From Bacillota bacterium (lineage in GTDB: Bacteria; Bacillota; UBA994; UBA5500): a stretch of 64,000 nt of DNA. The notes beneath the pieces were generated by a model, which did no database searches, was not told the origin of the DNA, and saw nothing but the letters and a program-made list of their open reading frames with translations. The position numbers and the translations under genes were made by a program. The stretch is taken from positions 10,414 through 74,413 of the forward strand of contig JAAYHE010000025.1 of assembly GCA_012735505.1 (NCBI GenBank), written 5' to 3'. Positions 39,322 to 48,188 of the stretch are shown here, piece by piece. The stretch's first letter is position 1; the number at the start of each line of letters is the position of its first letter.

Positions 39322-40686
39322 CTATGGTAATGCCATAGTCTGTCGGGGCAGATCTGACGTATCCAAACGGACGATTTGCACTTCCTGCCCGGTCTGGGTG
39401 TCGACATATATAAGAAATTGGTCAGCCCCTCGCTTGGCCGGGATTTCGTATACGAGAGCCTCTTGGGCGCTGGAATCAAACACAACTGCTAGCTGGACAG
39501 GGCCTATCAATTCCAAACCCTGAGCCAACTTCTCCAGGGCTTGCCGGATGCTGATTTTGGGTGTTGGCAGCCGACGTAGATCCTGATGCCAGGCTGTATA
39601 ACCGTTTCCTTCAAAACCGATAACACTCCCGTCGTCACGAGCGACTCTGACTCGCAAAAGGTCAGGGTAAATGAGTACCCCATCTTGCTCGTAAACATAA
39701 GCAAACAATACCGAACCTTGATATTCGTGCTGCCCGACTAATTGCATGTTCTTAAAACCCCGGCGCCGCAAGAAATCGGCTGCTCGTTGTTGTAGGGCTG
39801 CGGTGGGTAACACAGCCGTTTCTGGCTGCCTGTTATCTAGCATCCACAGGACCCGCCCCTGCACTTGGGTGATCTCTACGTTGACTCGGCGGTCGGCCTC
39901 CTTAGTTGTAAGCACTAGATTATAGGCCGGAATTATACCATCGGTCAGTTCAGACGATACTACTTGGTATTGGGATTTGTCATTGGGCGATAGGAACCAT
40001 AATGCCCTTTCTTGCGCTTCCGCCAAAGAGATCTTAGGGCCCTGCAAGTTGGGCTGTGGTTGGACCACGCCAATCCGCTGGTCAAACTGTACCTCTGGAT
40101 ATTCCTGTACTTGTTTATTTACTAAACTTAAGCCGTTGAGCACCGTATTATCTTGCACTTGCTCCTCTCGGCGAGCCTGCACCAGTGCTGCCTCGACATC
40201 GGTCCAACGCAAATTGCGAGTTAGGACTGTTTGCTGCAACGACGCTAGTTCACTGGCAAGTTGAGCGGCACCGCGTTGCATTTTGTCCACCTCGGCCCGC
40301 TCAGCTGCGCTTAGGTTGCTTCCCCGCCGCACCAGGGCAAAAATTTGATCCCCCGTGGTGCTCAAGTATTTTTCTGCGTTCTCCAAGGGCACTAAACCTA
40401 GAGGCAGCTGCCCCACCTTCTCTTGCGCTGCATATAGCTGGCGCCAAACGGTCGCAAGCTTCTCTCTCTCCTGCTGAGCAGAACCTGCAGCACTAAGCAT
40501 GGCTAATTCGTTTTCTACTGTTTGGATATGCCACACCAATTCGTGAAAAGCCCGCTGATAGTTATTCTCCAACTTAATGGCAAAATCCTTATGTAGACGC
40601 AGCTGGGTGACACCCCACCATATACTAGCGCCTAAGGCAATTATCAAGGCGATGGTGACCCAACGTAGACTTTGGTCAAAGCGCAT
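39322..40686 (-). CDS. ypeB: Germination protein YpeB (PepSY-domain protein)
   Basis: N-terminal TM helix, a long coiled region and C-terminal PepSY-like repeats. It lies immediately downstream of sleB, as in the B. subtilis sleB-ypeB operon. I prefer ATG 40686 behind AGGAGG over the ORF-track start 40770, which overlaps sleB. Confidence 0.8.
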   Translation of the reverse strand: MRFDQSLRWVTIALIIALGASIWWGVTQLRLHKDFAIKLENNYQRAFHELVWHIQTVENELAMLSAAGSAQQEREKLATVWRQLYAAQEKVGQLPLGLVPLENAEKYLSTTGDQIFALVRRGSNLSAAERAEVDKMQRGAAQLASELASLQQTVLTRNLRWTDVEAALVQARREEQVQDNTVLNGLSLVNKQVQEYPEVQFDQRIGVVQPQPNLQGPKISLAEAQERALWFLSPNDKSQYQVVSSELTDGIIPAYNLVLTTKEADRRVNVEITQVQGRVLWMLDNRQPETAVLPTAALQQRAADFLRRRGFKNMQLVGQHEYQGSVLFAYVYEQDGVLIYPDLLRVRVARDDGSVIGFEGNGYTAWHQDLRRLPTPKISIRQALEKLAQGLELIGPVQLAVVFDSSAQEALVYEIPAKRGADQFLIYVDTQTGQEVQIVRLDTSDLPRQTMALP

Positions 40687-40712
40687 TAGGGTTGCCTCCT
40701 TTCTGGACCGAC

Positions 40713-41417
40713 CTAACGGCAAAACCGATGCCGACCTATAGTTTTTATATATGGGCGCGACCAAATCCAAGGCGAAGTCGCAGTAGCTGGATTAAAGTAA
40801 TAGAGAGCACCGCCGGTCGGGTCCCACCCGTCGAGTGCCAATTGGGCCGCGCGGTATGCCTCCTCGTTAGGGGCCAAATAGAATTGCCCATCTGCAACTG
40901 CGGTAAAGGCCAAAGGTTCGAAGATTACTCCAGCTATGGTATTGGGAAATAATGGGCTGCGTACCCGATTGAGGATCACGGCAGCGATAGCAACTTGCCC
41001 TTCAAATGGTTCGCCACGGGCTTCGCCATAAATAGCTTTGGCCAATAAATGCAAGTCGTTGGCACTGACCGTTCCCGGTGCTTGCGTAGCAGGCGTTTTG
41101 TTAACAGGCTGCGATGCGGCTCCGCCCATTTTGGGCGTAAAACCGAGGGCGCGAAAAGTAGCAGCATCCACATTGCCTGTCACTGGCAGGCCGTTGCGCC
41201 GCTGAAACAGCTGTACGGCAGCAAAAGTCTTTGCCCCATAAATGCCATCGGCCCAACCACTGAGGTAGCCCCATTTGATTAGCTTTTGCTGTACTAAGCG
41301 CACATCTTCACCACTATTTCCCCAGTACAAATTGCGCTCGCCTACAGCGTACGCCGGTATTGCAATTAGCATGGCTAGTATGATGCTCATAGTTATTGCC
41401 ACAAGCCGCTTCAACAT
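40713..41417 (-). CDS. sleB: Spore cortex-lytic enzyme SleB
   Basis: Signal peptide, a PG_binding_1 domain (G.DV..VQ..L...GY....DG.YG..T..AV..FQ...GL...G) and a Hydrolase_2 domain (ARGEP..GQVAIAAVILNR...FPNTI..V). Confidence 0.88.
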   Translation of the reverse strand: MLKRLVAITMSIILAMLIAIPAYAVGERNLYWGNSGEDVRLVQQKLIKWGYLSGWADGIYGAKTFAAVQLFQRRNGLPVTGNVDAATFRALGFTPKMGGAASQPVNKTPATQAPGTVSANDLHLLAKAIYGEARGEPFEGQVAIAAVILNRVRSPLFPNTIAGVIFEPLAFTAVADGQFYLAPNEEAYRAAQLALDGWDPTGGALYYFNPATATSPWIWSRPYIKTIGRHRFCR

Positions 41418-41451
41418 AAAATTCCCTCCTTCAAGCCAAGGGTGCTAAAAA

Positions 41452-41656
41452 GGCACAGTCGGTCACTGATTTATGCTTTCCAGCCGCTTTACGGAAGACG
41501 CACGCCACCGCTGTGTACTGGCTGGCAGGCAGTCAGGCGGACCTGGGGTTACTGATTAGGCCCGTTGGAACCTGCTCCAGGTCCAAGCAGTTGCCCCAGG
41601 CCTGACATACATGTGGCGTAAGAGACAAGTGCGCGAACATAACTGCGCATCTCGCC
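41452..41656. repeat. Copy D (diverged) of the intergenic element family
   Basis: 41590-41622 (GTTGCCCCAGGCCTGACATACATGTGGCGTAAG) matches the reverse complement of 39070-39103 (first 13 nt identical, about 27 of 33 overall). Arm-like ends GGCACAGTCGGTCAC... and GCGCGAACATAACTGCGC resemble the family arms, but the 15-mer itself is not conserved. Confidence 0.45.
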
Positions 41657-41740
41657 CTGGAAAGATTCCTCAGTAATTCCTTCGAGCAAGGATGGCTATT
41701 TGCTTCTCGCCCTATTCTTTCCGCAAAGAGGGCAGCTTAT

Positions 41741-41788
41741 GAAAAGTCAAAAGCTACAGGCGCGCCTCTACTAGACGCGCCTGTAGCT
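41741..41788 (-). terminator. Intrinsic terminator after the small Cys-containing ORF
   Basis: 13-bp hairpin AGCTACAGGCGCG-N11-CGCGCCTGTAGCT (41752-41788) followed by TTTGACTTTTC on the minus strand. Confidence 0.75.
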
Positions 41789-41980
41789 TTAACCTTCTTT
41801 TTTTTCTCGTTGGTAGATATCGCATTCGCCACCCTGCCAGTGAATACAAAAATCACAGCGTCTAATACCTTCGCCTCCGACAGCGAAAGTCATTTGTCCG
41901 CCCGCATCATAATGGGTAGCAAATTCACTACATTCCTCAGCTATAGCCTTCAGTTCGGCTGGAGTTGCTGGTGATGACAT
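41789..41980 (-). CDS. Small hypothetical Cys-containing protein (63 aa)
   Basis: Strong RBS GAGGAGGTG 6 nt before the ATG and its own terminator. Contains ..EECSEF...RRCDFCIHWQGGECDIY... I recognise no family. Confidence 0.55.
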   Translation of the reverse strand: MSSPATPAELKAIAEECSEFATHYDAGGQMTFAVGGEGIRRCDFCIHWQGGECDIYQREKKEG

Positions 41981-42038
41981 CTAAGACACCTCCTCGTCAG
42001 GGTATAGTATGCCCCGATTAGGAGGTAGAAAAGTTACA

Positions 42039-42596
42039 TCAGCGAACCGTTATTAGGTCCTTTAGCTGAGCAAAAGTTTTTTCTCCAATGCCCGAAACTT
42101 TCATCAGGTCTTCAATCCGAGCGAAAGCGCCATGTTCTTGCCGATAGTTGATTATAGCTTGGGCCTTAGCGGGGCCGATACCTGGTAAGGTCTGCAACTC
42201 TACGGCCGAGGCTGTGTTTAAATTCACCAGGGGCTTGGCGGTATGAGCTGGGAGCACATCGTCATTGCCGTCCTGGCTGGGAGCAAAAGCTATATACACT
42301 TGTTCACCGTCGAAAAGTGGCTTAGCTAGATTGAGATTGCCGAGCCAGGCCTCGGGCAAAGTGCCGCCAGCTAGGTTGAGGGCATCGGCAACCCGAGCAC
42401 CAACATCCACCGAATAGACGCCCGGTCGTGCTACCGCGCCGGTAACATGAACTTGCAAAACCCGCTCATTAGCAGGTTGCCAGGAGGCAAGTAGTTGCCT
42501 GTTTTCTTTTAGTAACCATATGTTGCAGCCCAGCGAGATGAAAAAGAGGCAACAAAGAATAATTAAGGGCCAGCGCCGCTTCTCCATCCTGATCAC
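42039..42596 (-). CDS. comEA: Competence protein ComEA (SLBB plus helix-hairpin-helix DNA-binding domain)
   Basis: N-terminal TM helix, an SLBB-like VHVTGAV.RPGVY, and the C-terminal LNTAS..ELQTLPGIGPAKAQAII.YR...G.F..IEDL..V.GIGEKTF..L. Confidence 0.88.
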   Translation of the reverse strand: MIRMEKRRWPLIILCCLFFISLGCNIWLLKENRQLLASWQPANERVLQVHVTGAVARPGVYSVDVGARVADALNLAGGTLPEAWLGNLNLAKPLFDGEQVYIAFAPSQDGNDDVLPAHTAKPLVNLNTASAVELQTLPGIGPAKAQAIINYRQEHGAFARIEDLMKVSGIGEKTFAQLKDLITVR

Positions 42597-42620
42597 CTCG
42601 GCCCTTAATTATCCGTCTAA

Positions 42621-44378
42621 TCATTGTTTTCCTGCTTGACTAGGCAAATGCACATAAAAAGCAGTTCCTTCGCCGACCTTACTCTCTACCCAAACTTTTC
42701 CCTCATGCAATTCTACAATGTGTTTCACAATAGACAAGCCTAACCCGGTACCACCGTTCTGTCGGCTACGCGCCTTGTCTGTTCGATAAAACCGCTCAAA
42801 AATACGGTTCAAATGCTCTGCCTCGATACCGATACCGGTATCATACACAGCAATCTGAAAGCCGTTGGCTTTATACTCTAGGTTAACCCTAACCTCGCCC
42901 CCTGGCGGTGTATACTTGATCGCATTGCCAATCAAATTGTCCACCGCTTGGCTCAAACGATGTTCATCGCCTATTAGTATGGCTTCCTCTACACCTACGG
43001 CCAGCTTTAAGGTTATTTGATTAGCAGCGGCCAAGGGTGTATCTCGCTCTACGACCTCTTTCAGGATACGCACTAAGTCAACAGGGCGTTTATCCATAAC
43101 ATTTGGATCCAGTTCTAGACGCGAGAGGTCGAGAAGATCATTGACAAGGCGCAAGAGTTTGCGCGACTCGCGATAAATGATCTTTACAAACCGCCGGCCG
43201 TCGGCGTCTGTCACTAAATCCCCGTTCAGTATGGTTTCGGCAAAACCATGTATCGAAGTCACCGGCGTCTTAAGTTCGTGGGAGACATTAGTTATTAAAT
43301 CAGCACGAATTTGTGCTAGGCGACTGGCTTCACTGATATCGTAGAAAACAACAACAAAACGATCACTGGCCACGAGCGGTATTACGTTTAATTCCACGAC
43401 ACCCTTAGTAGGGGTAGAAATGGTGACATATTGTTTCAGCGGCTGCTTTTGCGCCATAGCTTCTTCTAAAGCTTGGCGCATGCTGGCATCATTCACTAGA
43501 CGGCAAAAATGATCTGGAATATCTTCTTGCGGATCAAAACCTAGAGTTCGCCCTGCGCTCGGATTAGAAAGAAGCACCGTACCGTGTGCATCCAACAAAA
43601 AAATGCCGCTAACAGTATTTTGAATTACAGTTTCAAATTCTTCCTTAGCAGCCACAATCTGTTGATACCGTTTCCTGTTAGTATTGGCTAACTGATTGAA
43701 GCTAGTCACCAAAGCACCAAGCTCATCTTGACGCTCGATGGTAATCCGCTGCTGCAAATCGCCAGCCACAATCTTTTGTGCCGCTTCTGTTACCTTTTGG
43801 ATGGGCTTAATTAAATCATTGGCCAACCTAATAGAAACATAGAATGTCGCAACCGCAATCAAGAGGAAACCAAAGCCCACCATACTCCAAATGCTGCTAT
43901 TAGCCTCTTGCAAGGTCTCATAGGGTAATGCCAGGCGTATGACAGCGCTTCCTTCTGGCAGTTCATCTTGCCAGGCTACAAAAAGAACAGTCTGTTGCGT
44001 AGCTTCGTCGAAGCGCACCTCCCAACCGCTCCCTTGCCTCCAGGCCGTCTCTACTTCTGGCTGCGAACTAACCTCGGCTGTTGGTGTTGCAGCAACCTGA
44101 TCCGAATCAAGGTAAATTTCCCCCGCAGCATTCAACAGAGAGATGCGCATCCCACCCGCTAGTGCCAACTCTTGAACAAATGCTGCGCGATCAGTGTTGC
44201 TAGCTACGTGCCGCATACTAGCAGCTATCTGCCGCGCCTGAGCAAAAAGTTGTTCTCGGGCGGCGCGCGTAAAAAGTGACCCGATCTGTAAGGACTGCAA
44301 TAGGCCTTGCAGCAGGGCGCTGCCGAGCAACAAGCAGATCAAGGTTATAGTTAATCGGGCTTTTATGCTACGCTGCAT
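42621..44378 (-). CDS. Sensor histidine kinase (extracytoplasmic loop, HAMP, PAS, HisKA, HATPase_c; PhoR-like architecture)
   Basis: H-box NVSHELKTPVTSI, N-box LIGNAIKYT, G-boxes DTGIGI and GGTGLGLSIV. Two TM helices flank a roughly 150-aa loop. Confidence 0.85.
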   Translation of the reverse strand: MQRSIKARLTITLICLLLGSALLQGLLQSLQIGSLFTRAAREQLFAQARQIAASMRHVASNTDRAAFVQELALAGGMRISLLNAAGEIYLDSDQVAATPTAEVSSQPEVETAWRQGSGWEVRFDEATQQTVLFVAWQDELPEGSAVIRLALPYETLQEANSSIWSMVGFGFLLIAVATFYVSIRLANDLIKPIQKVTEAAQKIVAGDLQQRITIERQDELGALVTSFNQLANTNRKRYQQIVAAKEEFETVIQNTVSGIFLLDAHGTVLLSNPSAGRTLGFDPQEDIPDHFCRLVNDASMRQALEEAMAQKQPLKQYVTISTPTKGVVELNVIPLVASDRFVVVFYDISEASRLAQIRADLITNVSHELKTPVTSIHGFAETILNGDLVTDADGRRFVKIIYRESRKLLRLVNDLLDLSRLELDPNVMDKRPVDLVRILKEVVERDTPLAAANQITLKLAVGVEEAILIGDEHRLSQAVDNLIGNAIKYTPPGGEVRVNLEYKANGFQIAVYDTGIGIEAEHLNRIFERFYRTDKARSRQNGGTGLGLSIVKHIVELHEGKVWVESKVGEGTAFYVHLPSQAGKQ

Positions 44379-44381
44379 CGT

Positions 44382-45050
44382 TTACTCCCGTAGCTTATAA
44401 CCGAAGCCACGCACCGTCTGGATCAGGTTGCTAACTGGCCCTAATTTTTCACGCAAATGGCTAATATGCACATCTACAGTACGTTGGTCACCAAAAAAGT
44501 TTTCCCCCCATACCTGAGATAGCAGTTCTTCGCGCCCGAAGGTTTGCCCAGGGTTCATGGCTAAAATTCTAAGTAACTGATATTCCATGGGGGTCAGATT
44601 CAGGGCTTTGCCTTCTAGAGTCACCTCATGGCTACGAAGGTCAATAGTCACTGGACCAATCTGAATATAATCGCTTTCTTGCACTCGCCCTGCCCGCCGT
44701 AGAATCGCCTTCACCCGCGCCATTAGCTCCCGGGGGCTAAAGGGCTTAGTCACATAATCGTCAGCTCCTAGTTCCAGCCCTAAGACGCGATCAACTTCAG
44801 CATCTTTTGCGGTCAAAAACAAAATGGGCACGTCGTTGGTTTCCCGAATACGCTGACAAACCTCCCACCCATCCATGCCAGGCAACATGATATCCAGTAA
44901 GACTAAATGAGGTTCTTCTGTCAGAGCGAGTTGGAGGCCAGTCTCACCATTAAAAGCAACTAGAGTTTCGTAACCCGCTTGTTTAAGGTTATAAGCAATC
45001 AACTCGGATATCGACTCGTCATCTTCCACTATCAAAATTCTTTCCGCCAC
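44382..45050 (-). CDS. OmpR/PhoB-family response regulator
   Basis: Receiver domain (ILIVEDDES...LLDIMLPGMDG...LTAK) plus a winged-helix output domain (LTPMEYQLL..L......R..L...VWG......RTVDVHI..LR.KL). I prefer GTG 45050 behind GAGGAGGGG over the ORF-track start 45122. Confidence 0.88.
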   Translation of the reverse strand: MAERILIVEDDESISELIAYNLKQAGYETLVAFNGETGLQLALTEEPHLVLLDIMLPGMDGWEVCQRIRETNDVPILFLTAKDAEVDRVLGLELGADDYVTKPFSPRELMARVKAILRRAGRVQESDYIQIGPVTIDLRSHEVTLEGKALNLTPMEYQLLRILAMNPGQTFGREELLSQVWGENFFGDQRTVDVHISHLREKLGPVSNLIQTVRGFGYKLRE

Positions 45051-45162
45051 CAGGTCCCCTCCTCGAGATAGTCTTCTCTTTATATTATAACAGTGTTCTA
45101 TCCTAGAATAGGGAGCCTCCACAGAACAAATTCTATTCTTGCCTGATTGCCCTCTATTTGCT

Positions 45163-45202
45163 TAAAAAAAAGCAAACCCCAGACCCGATGTCTGGGGTTT
45201 GC
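45163..45202 (-). terminator. Intrinsic terminator of the four-gene membrane operon
   Basis: 13-bp hairpin GCAAACCCCAGAC-N5-GTCTGGGGTTTGC (45172-45202) followed by TTTTTTTT on the minus strand. Confidence 0.8.
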
Positions 45203-45217
45203 CACTGCTGTCTGTTT

Positions 45218-45820
45218 TTATAATAGGCCTAGCCAGTTGCCAAGGATGGTTTCGAAGGCGCCCAGAAGCAAGGAAATACGCCCCATCACCACGTTACCAA
45301 AGGATACACCGAAGGTAATCATCATCAGCCAGCGGCCTAAGCTAGCTCCATGCTTGACAGCACCCTTCTGCTCCACAGAGAAGAAGAAGTAGAGCAAGAC
45401 CGAAAGCACACCGAACACCATCAAGATGTTATTGACACTGTTCAGAGGCAGCATAGAACTACGAACCTGCTGCAAGAGCTGGGAGTTGACTACACCGAAC
45501 ATGGACAAACCGGAACCGATACCTACCATGTAAGCCATGCTCCAACGGCTTAACCAAGCAATGCTCTTGAAGAAACGAGCGTATAGTAAGATACCTAGAA
45601 TAACTGGAATTAGCAGAGATAGCTTACCTTCCTTAGTGATCGGATCCCAGGCATTATCCACTATCGACTTAATATTAACGCTCAGAGCATATCCTGCTGA
45701 TGCACCAACGAATACGTGCTCGCAGAAACGATATACTGGGTTCTCTTTAAAGATAAAGGAGAAAATAGCGATCATACCAAGGGCTGAGATCCATGCCCAG
45801 ATGTCGTTAGAAATGCTCAT
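45218..45820 (-). CDS. Hypothetical polytopic membrane protein (gene 4 of the four-gene membrane operon)
   Basis: 200 aa with about six hydrophobic helices and RBS TAAGGAGGTG. I recognise no family. Confidence 0.7.
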   Translation of the reverse strand: MSISNDIWAWISALGMIAIFSFIFKENPVYRFCEHVFVGASAGYALSVNIKSIVDNAWDPITKEGKLSLLIPVILGILLYARFFKSIAWLSRWSMAYMVGIGSGLSMFGVVNSQLLQQVRSSMLPLNSVNNILMVFGVLSVLLYFFFSVEQKGAVKHGASLGRWLMMITFGVSFGNVVMGRISLLLGAFETILGNWLGLL

Positions 45821-45866
45821 CTTCTCACCTCCTTACATCGGAAAAGTAGTTATAGAACCAGCCCTT

Positions 45867-46679
45867 TTACCGTTTCTTATCTAAGAAGAAAGCAATGTTA
45901 CCAACAACGATGAACAGAATGATAACAATATGCCCCAAGGACTGTGCGTCCATCTTAGCAACCGAGGCACCAGGCTTACCCATAACGAGTTCGTACTCAG
46001 CTGCACCTCTTAAGCCGGCTAGCATAGCCTTAACCTGCCCAGAGTCCACAAAAGGCATGGTCTGTGGCACGTTAACGGTAGAAGAACCAGCTAGCAAGGT
46101 AATACCGAGAGAGCCCTGGACCTGTCGCACCCATTCCTGAATTCCTGGGTTACCTGCAACAAAGTCGATTACTAAAGCAAAGTCGCGGGTGTCCTTGATA
46201 CCTTCCATAATGGGTAAAGAGCTAACAGGATTACCACGGAAGTCACGAGATACAGTGCCTACATTCTCACCAAAACGCTTGATTGCCGTTTCCTGTCCGG
46301 GAACAAAGCCGAGGTTCGCAAAGTGAACACCATACTCATAACCTAGTTCTTCGTAATGGCGCATCAATTGCTCGCCAAACATGGGACCAGCATCCCAGAA
46401 GGATACGCTTACAACGTTGACACCCTTGTCCATCAAGTGCTCCATAACAGCAGCAGCGATCGGATGAACGTCGGGGGCTCCACTCGGAGCGTAGTCTAAC
46501 GAGAAGAGTACTGTATCGCCTGGCTCTAGAGCGTCCACAATGTTGAAGAACTCAGTAGTCCCTGGACTGATAGACAGAGGCAGATTCAATGGCGAAATCA
46601 TGGGCACTGCCGTAACTAGAATCAAAAGAATATAGATAATCCGACGATCAACGTTCTGGAGTCTGGAGACAAAATCCAT
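45867..46679 (-). CDS. Hypothetical bitopic membrane protein with a roughly 200-aa extracytoplasmic domain (gene 3 of the operon)
   Basis: 270 aa with TM helices at both ends (IIYILLILVTAVPMI; IVIILFIVVGNIAFF) and RBS AAAGGAGGTG. Confidence 0.7.
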   Translation of the reverse strand: MDFVSRLQNVDRRIIYILLILVTAVPMISPLNLPLSISPGTTEFFNIVDALEPGDTVLFSLDYAPSGAPDVHPIAAAVMEHLMDKGVNVVSVSFWDAGPMFGEQLMRHYEELGYEYGVHFANLGFVPGQETAIKRFGENVGTVSRDFRGNPVSSLPIMEGIKDTRDFALVIDFVAGNPGIQEWVRQVQGSLGITLLAGSSTVNVPQTMPFVDSGQVKAMLAGLRGAAEYELVMGKPGASVAKMDAQSLGHIVIILFIVVGNIAFFLDKKR

Positions 46680-46711
46680 CCTTTCGGCACCTCCTTTCTG
46701 TCACTATTGAA

Positions 46712-47344
46712 TTATTCAGCGCCACCCAAGTGGCCGCGTTCGAGACCAAGTAGGATACGAAGCGATGTGGCAAACGCACCTATAGCAGCACCGATCATGA
46801 TAGCACGCTGACCAGCTGTGTTAGGGATATCAATCAGCCACTCTGCAATTACAGGGAACTTATTCCATATCAATTCGCCGATAGGAGCCTTACCAATCAT
46901 GGTTAGGATAGCAGCAATCAGCATGACTGTTGCTTCGGCACTACGCATACGGAAAGCCCTATAAGCAGCCGATGCGACGTAGAAGGCTAGCATCGCAAAC
47001 ATGGCAGCACCCAGCGGTCCGATGATCGAGTCGTACAGGTTCTGGTTGAGGTTGTTGATTTTCTCATCGCCGCCCAACCGAGCCATAGTACCGATGACTG
47101 CAAAAACGATAAGTGCAACTATCAGTGCCAAGCTGTTAAACCAGCCTGGGCGCATACGCATGAGCGCCGTACCATGGATACGGAACAGGTTGACCGATGC
47201 CAAACCAACGGCGAAGGCCGAAACGATAATCAGCCAGCCTGTCAGTTCAGAAGACCAAGCCTGTAATGGACCTTCAAACATGTTGGCAAAGAGAACGATG
47301 ACACCAACTACGAAGGTAATTATCAAGGGAACCTCTCTACGCAC
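46712..47344 (-). CDS. Hypothetical polytopic membrane protein (gene 2 of the operon)
   Basis: 210 aa with about six helices. GTG start behind AAGGAGGTG. Confidence 0.7.
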   Translation of the reverse strand: MRREVPLIITFVVGVIVLFANMFEGPLQAWSSELTGWLIIVSAFAVGLASVNLFRIHGTALMRMRPGWFNSLALIVALIVFAVIGTMARLGGDEKINNLNQNLYDSIIGPLGAAMFAMLAFYVASAAYRAFRMRSAEATVMLIAAILTMIGKAPIGELIWNKFPVIAEWLIDIPNTAGQRAIMIGAAIGAFATSLRILLGLERGHLGGAE

Positions 47345-47405
47345 AGGTTACACCTCCTTTTCTGGATACTTGATACGAGTCAACGCTACTGAAAGCGGTT
47401 TGTTA

Positions 47406-48188
47406 TTACTTCTTTAATAGGTTAGCAAGGAAGTCGATCTCAGCGGTTGCTAGTAAGGAACCAACAAAGATCAACACCATAGCAATACCCTTAACAATAT
47501 CCTGAGCAGCAATAGAACCGAGCTTCACCCTATCCTGGGAGAGATAAGCACCAGCGGCATATAGCTCCTCACCGATTAGGGTGTAGTCACAAGCAGCAAC
47601 GAAGAAAGGAATCTGACCCATCGCAGCAGTACCTGCTACCTGGATAGCGCCGACCTGAGCACCAGCTTCTGCGAAAAGCAAAGACTCGGCCCAGAAAGCA
47701 CCCATCATGATGTTGGCAGCAACATGACGACGGTTCATGATACCCATAACACCAGCTGCATAAGCGAACTGCTCGTTAGAGAGGAACTGGACAGTGTCCT
47801 CCTGGAACATGTCTGGACGACCAGCAGTCATATAGCCTTGACGCACGATTTCCTGAGCTAGCGGGAAAACGTTAGGCTGACGAATGGTAACGATGATCTC
47901 GGTGTTGTACTTGGCGGTTAGCTGAGTTACATAACCGAGAACCTCCAAGCCAGCAAAGGTCTGCGGAGCAGAGTCGTCGGTAGCAGCACCGATACCAGGC
48001 GAATAGTGCACTGGGCTACCCATCTCGGTTGCACGACCAACTGCTTCCTCGATAGCGTCCAAGCCAGCTAGACGACGGATGGTAGGAGTCCAAGCACCCG
48101 ACTTAGACCGATTGATCCCAACAAGTGCGATAGCAGCCATGGTCAGGATGGTCACTAGTAAGGTTGCGGTGTTAGGAATAAGAGACAT
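47406..48188 (-). CDS. Hypothetical bitopic membrane protein with a central soluble domain (gene 1 of the operon)
   Basis: 260 aa with an N-terminal TM helix (TATLLVTILTMAAIALV), a C-terminal TM helix (IAMVLIFVGSLLA) and RBS GAAAGGAGGTG. Confidence 0.7.
   Translation of the reverse strand: MSLIPNTATLLVTILTMAAIALVGINRSKSGAWTPTIRRLAGLDAIEEAVGRATEMGSPVHYSPGIGAATDDSAPQTFAGLEVLGYVTQLTAKYNTEIIVTIRQPNVFPLAQEIVRQGYMTAGRPDMFQEDTVQFLSNEQFAYAAGVMGIMNRRHVAANIMMGAFWAESLLFAEAGAQVGAIQVAGTAAMGQIPFFVAACDYTLIGEELYAAGAYLSQDRVKLGSIAAQDIVKGIAMVLIFVGSLLATAEIDFLANLLKK

Noticed and set aside
41452-41656. Idea that the elements are c-di-AMP (ydaO-type) riboswitches, since these often precede cell-wall hydrolase genes
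   Set aside because: On either strand I cannot find the conserved ydaO cores as I remember them (ACGGGGA/CCCA, GGGGUGAAUC, CAGCUAACCUCGUAAGCG). Only vague resemblances exist (GGGCGUGAUUC, CCGACAG...GGCUACC). In addition, copy B has the opposite orientation relative to its downstream gene.
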